Assembly (NCBI GenBank): GCA_049976425.1
Contig: JBMFIG010000001.1
Location: 64,001 to 128,000, forward strand
DNA length: 64,000 nt
From: Thermoproteus sp.
Lineage (GTDB): Archaea > Thermoproteota > Thermoprotei > Thermoproteales > Thermoproteaceae
Direction: 5' to 3'
The translations under genes were made by a program, and so were the position numbers. The notes under the pieces are model-generated. The model was not told the DNA's origin, searched no databases, and saw only the letters and a list, made by a program, of their open reading frames with translations. This document shows, piece by piece, positions 39,065 through 48,042 of the stretch (its first letter is position 1; every line of letters starts with the position of its first letter).

Positions 39065-39177
39065 GGGCCCGTAGCTCAGCATGGATCAGAGCGGCGGCCT
39101 CCGGAGCCGTAGACCCCAGTGGGGGCGGAGGTCGCGGGTTCGGGCACAGCCGCCTAGAAATCCCGCCGGGCCCGCCA
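39065..39177 (+). tRNA. tRNA-Arg(CCG) with two non-canonical introns (45/46: 39113-39130; 56/57: 39142-39157)
   Basis: Acceptor GGGCCCG/CGGGCCC, D arm GCTC/GAGC, anticodon CT-CCG-GA, T stem GCGGG/CCCGC, encoded CCA; both inserts form bulge-helix motifs and excision restores AGGTC and TTCAAAT. Confidence 0.93.
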
Positions 39178-39223
39178 GTGCTGTTTGTCCGCATATTTTA
39201 ATACCTATAGCCGAGTTCGTGCC

Positions 39224-39691
39224 ATGAGATTTTCGATAATCATCACGATGATGGGAGTTGCGATGGTGGCCATTGCGGCTGTTCTGTTCTTCTTAGGATC
39301 TTCGGCAAGCTCTTTGGCGGCTTCTGTCAATGCGGCGTTGGCGCAGTTGAACAAGACGTCGGCCTTGACGCTGTCTCCGGGCGGCAACGTGAGCTTCTCC
39401 TTCTCGGAGCCGTCGATATTGTTGATCAACTCGTCGGCGCCGCTGAAGATAGTGCCGGAGTCTCTGAGGGTTGCCGTCCAGGGGACAATCACGGCGGTTG
39501 CTGTCCAGCCGGGCGTGAGGGTCTACGTCGTCAACAACTACACGCGCCCCGTCTCTCTTAGGTATGCGGTGGTGACCATAAGCCCGTCTCTGTCGAGGGC
39601 GGTGTTCTTCGCCCTCGTCTCGCTGGGTCTCGGCTTTGTCGGCTTCATGGTGCTTGTGATAGGCGTCGTGCTGTACGTATTAAAGAGATAA
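39224..39691 (+). CDS. Hypothetical membrane protein (N- and C-terminal TM, beta-rich middle)
   Basis: ATG 39224; two hydrophobic helices flanking a small extracellular domain. Confidence 0.65.
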   Translation: MRFSIIITMMGVAMVAIAAVLFFLGSSASSLAASVNAALAQLNKTSALTLSPGGNVSFSFSEPSILLINSSAPLKIVPESLRVAVQGTITAVAVQPGVRVYVVNNYTRPVSLRYAVVTISPSLSRAVFFALVSLGLGFVGFMVLVIGVVLYVLKR

Positions 39692-39711
39692 ATTCACGCC
39701 CCGTACAACAC

Positions 39712-40722
39712 GTGGACTTGTTCCGCGTCGACGTCTCGCTTATAAGAGACGGCGTGGTGGCGCTCGACTCAGAGACAGCGCTCCTCTTGAAGTATATAGA
39801 GGAGACAGGCTCGATATCAGCCGCCGCGAGGAGGCTCGGGATCCCCTACTCCCGCGCTTGGGGGTACATCGCCAGAGCCGAGAGGGCGCTCGGCGTACGC
39901 CTCGTGGAGCCCAGGAGAGGCTATGCGGGAGGTGCCCGGCTCACCGATGAGGGCAGGCGCCTGTTAGCCCGCTATCTGGAGTTCGTGTCGAGGAGGCTCG
40001 GCGGGCTCGAGTCGCTGACGGAGGGCATGTGCGACTTCGTGTATGCCGGCAGCTCTGATCTCTTCGTTAAGGATCTGCTGGAGAGGCTGAGGGAGGAGGG
40101 CTTCTGCGTGGAGGCCAAGTGGGTCGGCTCCGCAACTGGACTTATAATGGCCGCGGCCGGCCTGGCCGACGTGGCCGGCGTCCATCTATTGGATCCGGCG
40201 TCTGGCGAGTACAACGTCCCCTACGTGGAGAGGCTTGGGCTGTCCCACGCGGCGGCCCTTCACAGAGGCTTTATGAGGTCTATAGGCTTCGCGTTTAGGC
40301 CGGACGTGGAGTTCAGAGGCTTGGAGGACTTGTTGAGATACAAGGTGATCGCCCGCAATCCTGGATCGGGGACGCGCCTCCTCCTCGAGTTGCTGGTCGA
40401 TAAGCTCGCCGAGAAGGTCGGCAAGCCTCGCAAGGCAATCGCCGACGCCATAAGCGGGTACAACACGTCCGCAAGGACCCACGAGGAGGTGGTCGGGGCG
40501 ATAGCCCGAGGGGAGGCCGACGTCGGGCTGGCCATTGCGGCGGCCGCGGAGAGGTACGGCTTGGCCTATAGGCATATAGCGCTGGAGCGTTTCGACTTGG
40601 CGGTGAACAGATATAGCCTGGAGAAGCCGGCCGTGAGGCGTTTGTTGGAGCTGTTGAGGAAGGAGCAACCGCCGCCGGGATATACGCCGGTCAGAAGCGC
40701 TGGCCAGAAGGTATTAGTATAG
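39712..40722 (+). CDS. ModE-like HTH + PBP (molybdate/tungstate-binding) regulator
   Basis: GSISAAARRLGIPYSRAW, RRG..GGARLT, GSATGL, AGVHL, RNPGSGTR. Confidence 0.85.
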   Translation: MDLFRVDVSLIRDGVVALDSETALLLKYIEETGSISAAARRLGIPYSRAWGYIARAERALGVRLVEPRRGYAGGARLTDEGRRLLARYLEFVSRRLGGLESLTEGMCDFVYAGSSDLFVKDLLERLREEGFCVEAKWVGSATGLIMAAAGLADVAGVHLLDPASGEYNVPYVERLGLSHAAALHRGFMRSIGFAFRPDVEFRGLEDLLRYKVIARNPGSGTRLLLELLVDKLAEKVGKPRKAIADAISGYNTSARTHEEVVGAIARGEADVGLAIAAAAERYGLAYRHIALERFDLAVNRYSLEKPAVRRLLELLRKEQPPPGYTPVRSAGQKVLV

Positions 40723-40741
40723 GAATCGGCCCACTCGACGC

Positions 40742-40918
40742 ATGGCAAAGGTGGTGATACACTCAATAGCTGACGGCCCCAACGAGGTGCTGGTCGACGG
40801 GAGGCCGGTTGCTTACCTGTGCCGTTGCGGCGGCTCCTCAAAGAAGCCGTACTGCGACGGCACCCATAAGAGGGCTGGCTTCAAGGCGCCTGAGGCCTAC
40901 GTCAACGTCTTGGAATAG
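40742..40918 (+). CDS. CDGSH iron-sulfur domain protein (58 aa)
   Basis: MAKVVIHSIADGPNEVLVDGRPVAYLCRCGGSSKKPYCDGTHKRAGFKAPEAYVNVLE; below the ORF-track cut-off. Confidence 0.9.
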   Translation: MAKVVIHSIADGPNEVLVDGRPVAYLCRCGGSSKKPYCDGTHKRAGFKAPEAYVNVLE

Positions 40919-40945
40919 CTTTTTTATTAGAGTCGCCAAAATCCC

Positions 40946-41770
40946 GTGCAGGTTTTTCTCGCCACCGAGAGGGGCGTCTACGAGCTGATCCCCACCGGCG
41001 GCGCTCACAGGATATGTTGCCCCGATCTCGAGGTAGTCGATGTAACTACGTTCGAGGGCCACCTCTACGTCTGTTCGCCTAGATCGGGCCTCTTCGAGGT
41101 TGGCGGGGGCAGGCTCAAGAGACTGGCGTCAGGGCCTTGTTGGCGCCTCGTTAGGCTGGGCGACTCGCTCGTGGCGTCTATGGACGGCCCGGTGCTGGTG
41201 GACGTCCTCTCCGGCGCTAAGATAGCCGAGTTCCCAGACTACGCCGAGAGGTTCGGCTGGAGGTTCCTCAGGGGGCCCGCCCACATAACCGACATAGCGC
41301 GGTTCAAGGATCTATACGTGGCCTCCGTCGAGGAGGGCAACCTACTGGCTGGGGACGACCTGCGCGGGCTGAGGCCCACCCGCTTCTGGGGAGATCTCCA
41401 CGCCCTTCTTCCCGATAGGGAGAGGCTGTACATCTCCACGTCCACAGGGATCTACTACACGAACGACCTCGAGAGGTTCAACATGGGCCTCGGCCCGACG
41501 GGCTACACCCACGCCGTGGTGCGTTGCGGCGGCTATCTGGCGACCCACGAGATGTCGACGAGGCCTCTCTGGGTGTCGGTTGACGGCGTATCGTGGCGCA
41601 ACCTCCCGATAGATCTGCCCAAGCCAGAGTACGGCACGACTAATCTAGCGTGCGTCGGCTCTAGGGCGATATACGCGGTGAGGCAGGTCTACGTGATAGA
41701 CATAGCTCGCCTTATAGTGGAGAAGCTCGCCTCAGGCCTCCCGTTGGTGTTGAGGGTATCCGTCCTTTAA
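40946..41770 (+). CDS. Hypothetical beta-propeller-like protein
   Basis: Repeated short beta strands (LATERGVY, ISTSTGIYYT, SVDGVSW Asp-box-like). Confidence 0.55.
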   Translation: MQVFLATERGVYELIPTGGAHRICCPDLEVVDVTTFEGHLYVCSPRSGLFEVGGGRLKRLASGPCWRLVRLGDSLVASMDGPVLVDVLSGAKIAEFPDYAERFGWRFLRGPAHITDIARFKDLYVASVEEGNLLAGDDLRGLRPTRFWGDLHALLPDRERLYISTSTGIYYTNDLERFNMGLGPTGYTHAVVRCGGYLATHEMSTRPLWVSVDGVSWRNLPIDLPKPEYGTTNLACVGSRAIYAVRQVYVIDIARLIVEKLASGLPLVLRVSVL

Positions 41771-41833
41771 ACTAGGAAAAATTATGGTATAATTTTGGAA
41801 AAAGCATTTAACGGCAGAACGCACGGTTTATCC

Positions 41834-43201
41834 ATGTCAAGAACAACCACAATACTGGCCGTAACGGCCGTGGTGCTGGCGATACTGGGATTCGTGGCCG
41901 GCTACTACTCCGCGCCGAGAGCCGCCCCAATGCCGACTACCCAGACGGTTACACAGACGTTAACAACTACCCAAACGGTCACCGCAACTCGGATGTCGAC
42001 GGCTACCCAGACAGTCACCCAGACGGTCACGGCTACCCAGACCGTAACCGCGCCTAGCATGCAAGCGGAGCCTGAGCTGGTGCCGATAACTATGGCGACG
42101 GTCAAGGTCGACGCGATGACCGGAGCCACGGTCAGGGCAGGCCCCGTAATAGCAGTGGTGAGGCCGGGCACATACGCTATGGTCGGCAACACCACGTTGA
42201 GCGTCTACAACTTCTCGATAGTGCTGTACGCCGTTAAGAACGTGGGCGCGGCGCCCGACGGCGGCGTGCCCACCTACGCCTTCGCGTTCGCCGTCAACGG
42301 ACAGGTGAGCCCCGCCATATCCTTCGTCGATAGGTCGGGGAAGCCGAGGCAGATAATCACCGTGGCCTACGCCCCCGCCGACTGGTCCAGCTGGACTTGG
42401 CTCGGGTATAAGGCGTTGCCCAACGGCACGCTGGTCGGCGGCAAGTACGCCTTCGCGAATGTCTGGCACTACGTAGGAGGAGGCGTAATGGTCAACATCC
42501 AATTCTTCAAGCCAGTCCCGTGGATATTCACTGCCGGTCCCTACGTGCACAAGATAAACTACGTCGAGTTCACTCCGCCTGTGGGCAATGCGTCGAGCGG
42601 GCTTGTGCCTATCGAGATAGCCGAGGCCCGGATAAACGGCACTGTCGGAGGCGCGTTGAGGGTCGGCAATATAATAGCGGTGATACCGCCCGGCACCTAC
42701 CTCACCGACGGGCAGATGACCTATAAGGTCTACAACTTCAGCTTGATATACTACGCGACGCTCAACATGCCCGGAGTTGCTGGCATGGCGCCGCTCGGCG
42801 CCTATGCATTCGCCGCCAACGGCCTCGTCACAGCCAAATACACGTTCGTCGACGCAAACGGGGCCGGATCGCCGATAATCACGATAGCTTTGTTCCCCAG
42901 GACCGTGACCAGCTGGACCTGGTTGCCCCAAGGCGCGGCGCAACAGAACGCCACCCTCTCGGTAGGGGCCTATAAATTCCCCGACGTGTGGCTCTACGGC
43001 GACGGCTACATTGTGAATGTGCTATTCGTGAAGCCTGTTCCGTGGGTGTTCCTAGGGCCTTGGCCGCCCCAGCAAGCCACGTCCATGACTGCCACTACAA
43101 CAGCCACTACCGCCACTACCACGACAGCCGCGGCCACATCCACAGCTACGGCCACGACGACCTCTTCAACTACTACGACCAGCCCGTATGTCTGGGGTTA
43201 A
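41834..43201 (+). CDS. Membrane-anchored surface glycoprotein with Thr-rich linkers and a tandemly duplicated domain
   Basis: ATG 41834, N-terminal TM, TQTVT repeats, two homologous domains of about 155 aa, Thr-rich tail, NxT/S sites. Confidence 0.75.
   Translation: MSRTTTILAVTAVVLAILGFVAGYYSAPRAAPMPTTQTVTQTLTTTQTVTATRMSTATQTVTQTVTATQTVTAPSMQAEPELVPITMATVKVDAMTGATVRAGPVIAVVRPGTYAMVGNTTLSVYNFSIVLYAVKNVGAAPDGGVPTYAFAFAVNGQVSPAISFVDRSGKPRQIITVAYAPADWSSWTWLGYKALPNGTLVGGKYAFANVWHYVGGGVMVNIQFFKPVPWIFTAGPYVHKINYVEFTPPVGNASSGLVPIEIAEARINGTVGGALRVGNIIAVIPPGTYLTDGQMTYKVYNFSLIYYATLNMPGVAGMAPLGAYAFAANGLVTAKYTFVDANGAGSPIITIALFPRTVTSWTWLPQGAAQQNATLSVGAYKFPDVWLYGDGYIVNVLFVKPVPWVFLGPWPPQQATSMTATTTATTATTTTAAATSTATATTTSSTTTTSPYVWG
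41939..42052 (+). repeat. Imperfect coding tandem repeat (ACCCAGACGGTC-like; TQTVT(A))
   Basis: Repeated acccagac(g/a)gtcac units encoding the Thr-rich stalk. Confidence 0.7.
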
Positions 43202-43258
43202 GATTTGCCAGATCACTGCGCCTAAGTATCAATAAAGACCAAACAATGTTTCTTCTCT

Positions 43259-43571
43259 GTGGGCAGACCGGCGCAATCTCAGGAGAGTTTTGCTGTTCGT
43301 ACTGCTAGGCACGCGCGGGGGTCCAGCGCGCCTCAAGATACTCGCGCGGCTGAAGGAAAGGCCCATGAACGCCCACCAGCTCTCGAAGGAGCTGGACATG
43401 GACTACAAGACGGCGCGCCACCATCTAGAGGCCTTGGAGAAGAACGGGCTCGTGGAGAGGCTGGGCGAGGGGTACGGCGCTGTCTACGCGCTGTCGGAGT
43501 CGCTCCAGAGGAACTGGGACTTAATAGTAGAGGCGGCCAAGTATCTGGGCTATGATACCCTGGATCATTGA
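43259..43571 (+). CDS. ArsR-family wHTH regulator (apparent +1 frameshift just after GTG 43259; in-frame TTG at 43290)
   Basis: LLGTRGGPARLKIL...PMNAHQLSKELDMDYKTARHHL..LEKNGLV...YGAVY; in-frame upstream ADRRNLRRV has no start unless one G is removed. Confidence 0.8.
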
Positions 43572-43827
43572 CATAGCGCTCGCGTCTATCGCGTCGATCT
43601 TCTCCTTGCTCAGCTTGAGGAACTACGCCGATCTCAAGAGCACCCATGTGGGCAGATACGCGTTGGCTATCGCAACCGCTCTGACGGCCGCCTCGTTAAT
43701 AGCCCTCGCCTCCTTCGCGTTCTGGATGTCTAGAGGGCACGGCCCCGACGTGGCAATGCCGTCTATGGCCATCGCCGCGTTGCTCGCGGTGTCCTCGCTT
43801 GCGTTCTACAAGCTCTCGTCCATATAG
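43552..43827 (+). CDS. Small 3-TM membrane protein
   Basis: Three hydrophobic helices; overlaps the ArsR gene. Confidence 0.7.
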   Translation: MIPWIIDIALASIASIFSLLSLRNYADLKSTHVGRYALAIATALTAASLIALASFAFWMSRGHGPDVAMPSMAIAALLAVSSLAFYKLSSI

Positions 43828-43877
43828 GCCTCGTCGCGGCACGTTGCAAAGATTTAAGTATATGTCGCGGAAGATAT

Positions 43878-44990
43878 GTGGAGGTGGATGCGCTGATTCA
43901 AGACATCGCGAAGGTCCGTCAGTACCTGGATAAGTACTTCTTCAAGTTCTCGGACGAAATAACGGGGGCCTTGATAGCTATACTCAGCCGCGAGAACTAC
44001 ATAATGATAGGTCCCCCAGGCACCGCCAAGACCATGTTGGTGGCGTCGCTCTCTAAGCTACTCAAGGCGCGGTGGTTCTACCGCCTCCTAACAAAGTTCA
44101 CCGAGCTGGAGGAGATCATAGGGCCTATAGACGTGGTGGAGTTGCTCAAGGGAAATGTGAAGAGGATCTACGCGAACTCCATAGTGGAGGCCGACGTGGC
44201 TCTGCTGGATGAGATATTCAACGCCTCCAGTGCCATACTCAACACGCTTCTGACGATACTAAACGAGAGGGCTATCTTCGACGGCGGGGCTGTGGTGCCG
44301 GTTAGGACGTGGACTGTCTTCGGGGCCTCCAACAGAGTACCCGACGAGGAGGAGCTACAAGCCCTCTACGACCGCTTCCCGCTGAGGGCCTTCACCAAGT
44401 ACGCCTCGCCTGAAGAGACCGAGGATCTGCTCAGATCCGGGCTGGCCCTCCGGCAGGAGTTCGATCAGATGTCGCATTTGATGACCATGGACGACATCAA
44501 GGGCCTCAACGAGTACGTGAACAAGATGGTCTACGAGAATAGAGACGTGTTGGTGAAGCACGTGTCCCCGCTGATAGCGGCCTATCTGGACCACGTGGTG
44601 ATATCCAACCGCACCAGGGTCAAGGTGCCCATATACGTCATGGCGTACCTAACGATCCTCGGCATCAGGCCCAGCGACCTGGACGCGTCGAGCATAAGGG
44701 CGGGCACCATAAAGGTGTTGAAGTACCTCGTCCACGACAAGGAGGATCTAAGCGAGTACGAGGCATTTGTGGCATCCCACATGCCTGGGAATCTGTCCAC
44801 GCTCTACGATATGATAAACGAGATAAAGGCCTTGATAGCCAACAACGCGATAACTATAGCGCGCGAGAAGTTGAGGGAGGCCGAGGAGCTGTTGGATAAG
44901 GCGTATGCGGACCCCACGCTCTACAAGTTCTTCATGACCGAGATGTCGGAAATAAGGGATGCCCTAAGCATGTTGAGGAGCCAGCTTTAG
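43878..44990 (+). CDS. MoxR/RavA-type AAA+ ATPase
   Basis: GPPGTAKT, LLTKFT..EEI.GP, LLDEIFNA, ASN..P, ALYDRF. Confidence 0.9.
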   Translation: MEVDALIQDIAKVRQYLDKYFFKFSDEITGALIAILSRENYIMIGPPGTAKTMLVASLSKLLKARWFYRLLTKFTELEEIIGPIDVVELLKGNVKRIYANSIVEADVALLDEIFNASSAILNTLLTILNERAIFDGGAVVPVRTWTVFGASNRVPDEEELQALYDRFPLRAFTKYASPEETEDLLRSGLALRQEFDQMSHLMTMDDIKGLNEYVNKMVYENRDVLVKHVSPLIAAYLDHVVISNRTRVKVPIYVMAYLTILGIRPSDLDASSIRAGTIKVLKYLVHDKEDLSEYEAFVASHMPGNLSTLYDMINEIKALIANNAITIAREKLREAEELLDKAYADPTLYKFFMTEMSEIRDALSMLRSQL

Positions 44991-44992
44991 TC

Positions 44993-46291
44993 GTGGGCGC
45001 CCTGCTCAACGTAGACTACTCAGACGAGCTGACGAGGCTCAGAGTCCAGGAAATAATACGCTATATCCAACGGCTGGGACTCCCCGTAAAGCTGAACAAG
45101 ATACCGATGGAGTACATCGCCGACTCTTTCTACACCCACTACCGCGTCCCCATACTCTCCGCCGCTCCTAAAGACGAAAACGAGGCGTTGTGGTACGTAT
45201 TCCTCAAATCCTACATCTCCTCTGATCTATATCAAGAGATCAGCAAGCTCAGTAAATACAACTACTCGATTTCCAGATCGGCGTCGGTCAAACTGCTTAG
45301 GGCATACAACAGCCTGCTCTCGCGCATAGAGCGCGGCACCGTGCAGGGCATGAAGGAAGGCGACGAGAAAAACGTACAGAGGTTGATGAACAACCAGTCT
45401 CTGAGGCAGGAAATAAGCAATCTATTGAGGTTCTATATGGGCAATGTAAAGAATTTAGACAAGATAAGGAAATCGATTTCGAAAATTCTCGGCGACGATG
45501 TGGGGAAGGAGGTCGCAGATCTCCTATTCGACGTCGACATCGATCCGTACAGGGCCAGGCTGGCCAAGATCTTGGAGTCCTTGGTCAAGATATTGTCCAA
45601 GGTGGATCCCTACGTCGAGGAGGGGGCGGTCTTCGAGCGAACCGGCGTGCCGTCGGGCATCAGGAGCATCAGGAGCTTCTCGGATCTACGTAAGGTGACC
45701 AACTTGAGCAAGGCCATCTACAGAGCATCGCCGACGTTATTCGCCTACAAGCTGGCCACGAGGTCGCTTTCGGTGAAGGACGTCTCGCTCGACACCAGAG
45801 AGAAGATCTACATGCTGGTGGACAAGTCGGGCTCCATGTTCTACTCGGTCTACGACGGGTTCGCCATGGACATGACGCAGAAGATAACGTGGGCCACCGC
45901 GTTGGCCGTCGCGCTGATGAGACACAGCAGGAAAGTTATACTGAGATTTTTCGACCAGATGGTGTACCCCCAGTTGACAAATATTAAGGATGTGATCAAG
46001 GCGTTGCTCAGAGTCCTGCCGCTGGGCGGCACCGATATAACATCGGCGGTCCACACAGCCGTCATGGACTCCAAGAACGCCGGTCTTAGGAGCTATAAGC
46101 TGGTCATAATCACAGATGGCGAAGACGACTTCGTAAACCCCGAGGTGCTGAGGCAGGCGAAGACGGCTTTTAGGGATGTCAAGGCGCTTTTGATAGGAGG
46201 CTCCAACTCGGTGATAGAGTCCGAAATACCGACCATAAGGATTGACTCGACAGATATAGAATCTCTTAAATATATATTGAAAAATATATAA
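44993..46291 (+). CDS. VWA domain protein (ViaA-like)
   Basis: MIDAS DKSGSM, GGTDI, IITDGED; directly follows the MoxR ATPase. Confidence 0.88.
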   Translation: MGALLNVDYSDELTRLRVQEIIRYIQRLGLPVKLNKIPMEYIADSFYTHYRVPILSAAPKDENEALWYVFLKSYISSDLYQEISKLSKYNYSISRSASVKLLRAYNSLLSRIERGTVQGMKEGDEKNVQRLMNNQSLRQEISNLLRFYMGNVKNLDKIRKSISKILGDDVGKEVADLLFDVDIDPYRARLAKILESLVKILSKVDPYVEEGAVFERTGVPSGIRSIRSFSDLRKVTNLSKAIYRASPTLFAYKLATRSLSVKDVSLDTREKIYMLVDKSGSMFYSVYDGFAMDMTQKITWATALAVALMRHSRKVILRFFDQMVYPQLTNIKDVIKALLRVLPLGGTDITSAVHTAVMDSKNAGLRSYKLVIITDGEDDFVNPEVLRQAKTAFRDVKALLIGGSNSVIESEIPTIRIDSTDIESLKYILKNI

Positions 46292-46353
46292 AAAGCATAT
46301 CTATATAGGAGGATATAGAGGAAAATTTTTATATTTCCTGAAAATAAAAGGCC

Positions 46354-46776
46354 ATGAAAGTTAAGGAAATATTGCGCAGACCGCCGGTCACCATACCGGT
46401 AACGGCCACGGTCGAGCAGGCGGCCGAGGCTATGGCCAATAACAACGTCGGCCTTCTCGTGATAGTCGACCCGAAAGAGCCCAAGAAGCCTATCGGCGTC
46501 ATCAGCGAGAGGGACATAATCAGGACCATAGCCGGCAAGGCTCCGTTGACCGTCACGGTGGACAAGGCGGGCACCATGGGTAACTTCATCTGGATAAGAG
46601 AAGACGAGACGATATACAGAGCCGCATATCTCATGAGGAAGCACCATATAAGGCATCTGGTAGTCCTCGACGACAAGGGCGAGCTCGTCGGCGTGTTGTC
46701 CATCAGGGATCTCATAGCCGAGGACAGGATAATCGAGAGCCTATCAGCCGACAGGAGGCCGTCGACAAAGGAATAA
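46354..46776 (+). CDS. CBS domain pair protein
   Basis: GVISERDI and IRHLVV..G.LVGVLSIRDL. Confidence 0.9.
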   Translation: MKVKEILRRPPVTIPVTATVEQAAEAMANNNVGLLVIVDPKEPKKPIGVISERDIIRTIAGKAPLTVTVDKAGTMGNFIWIREDETIYRAAYLMRKHHIRHLVVLDDKGELVGVLSIRDLIAEDRIIESLSADRRPSTKE

Positions 46777-46806
46777 TTTAAATAACAAGGTCCGTTTTTC
46801 GGGCCC

Positions 46807-48042
46807 ATGAACAGAATAATTCCGGCCGTAATCGCCGTAGCCGTTATAATCGCCATCGTCCTTATCCTTCTGCTGAAGCCGTTTTCGCCGCAGTATCCAA
46901 AGACCCTAAACGTCTCAGCTATAAGTTACCCCAACGGCGTCTACCTCTACGACGTATATGTCGGCAGCAACAAGGTGCCCCTAGTCTACGTTCAGTACAA
47001 TCAAAGCGTGTTGCTCGTCTCGGCACATAACGGAAGCGAGGCCTACTTATTGCTCTCGCCGCAGAGGCTCAGCGAGCTGTATAGAACAGCCAACACGACG
47101 TTTCTATTGGTAAACTATCCAGAGTTGCTGGGATATACATGTTCGAACTTCACCATAACTCAAACAATCGCGGGCATACCTGCAAGAGTGTCTAACAGAG
47201 TATGTTCGCCGCAACAGTTCTCGACCTCTACGAACTTCGTCCAAGTGGTATCTGCCCTATCGCAAGTGCCTCCGCCTTCGATGCTCGCGTTTAGCGGCGT
47301 GACGGCGACGCCATTCGGCGATGCGGCGATCTATAAAAATTCCACACTTACTACATATCTATTCTATACAATAAATATTACATATTATCTATATAAACTT
47401 AATAATAATGTAATATATAGATATAGTATAGTTTTATCGATGGGTCCATCTACCTTTAATGTGACGTATCTGTTAAGGTCTATGAGTAGCGTGAACTCTA
47501 CATATACTGCGATTATATCGAATCTCTCGGGCGAAATGCCGATTAGGGATATGGGAGGCCTCACTCTAGTTACGGTAGCTAAAAAGGTCGGCATGGTCGC
47601 CGCAACAGGCAACACAACGGTGCTTGCCTTCATAGGCCTCAACGACACGTCATCAGCCCAGCTGTTCGTGGATAACTATACGTTGTTTAGGGGCGTCGGC
47701 CTCATAATACTGGACGCCCCGAACCAGCCGTTGAGCTATGCGGAGAGGCTGAGGTGCCTATACTCATCTCTAGAAAACAAGAGCGCCGTAGTGGATCTCC
47801 TACGGGAGATGTATAAAGGCCTACTGAACAACTCGACAAACCCGTATAGGGTTCTGCCAAACAGCACATGTCCCGTGGATATATCCTCTGAATCCGCCCT
47901 CCTGAGCCTGGCGCTTGAGGGCGCCAACATGCCGCCTCAGACAGTCGCCCCTCCGGTGTTCGTCGTTGTCTATCCCAACAGCTCCTATGTTGTCGTGACC
48001 GGCTACAACCCCTCGGCGCTCGCGGCGGCGCTCGGTAGATGA
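46807..48042 (+). CDS. Membrane-anchored secreted protein with C-terminal degenerate DsbA/thioredoxin-like domain
   Basis: N-terminal TM, many NxS/T sites; C-terminal LRCLY...C...PVFVVVYPN..Y.VVTGYNP. Confidence 0.55.
   Translation: MNRIIPAVIAVAVIIAIVLILLLKPFSPQYPKTLNVSAISYPNGVYLYDVYVGSNKVPLVYVQYNQSVLLVSAHNGSEAYLLLSPQRLSELYRTANTTFLLVNYPELLGYTCSNFTITQTIAGIPARVSNRVCSPQQFSTSTNFVQVVSALSQVPPPSMLAFSGVTATPFGDAAIYKNSTLTTYLFYTINITYYLYKLNNNVIYRYSIVLSMGPSTFNVTYLLRSMSSVNSTYTAIISNLSGEMPIRDMGGLTLVTVAKKVGMVAATGNTTVLAFIGLNDTSSAQLFVDNYTLFRGVGLIILDAPNQPLSYAERLRCLYSSLENKSAVVDLLREMYKGLLNNSTNPYRVLPNSTCPVDISSESALLSLALEGANMPPQTVAPPVFVVVYPNSSYVVVTGYNPSALAAALGR

Noticed and set aside
41939-42052. Short direct repeats resembling a mini CRISPR or VNTR
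   Set aside because: In-frame, degenerate at third positions, no unique spacers; they encode a Thr-rich stalk. No CRISPR array or cas gene was seen in the window.
41960-42943. 327-aa minus-strand ORF
   Set aside because: Antisense shadow of the surface glycoprotein
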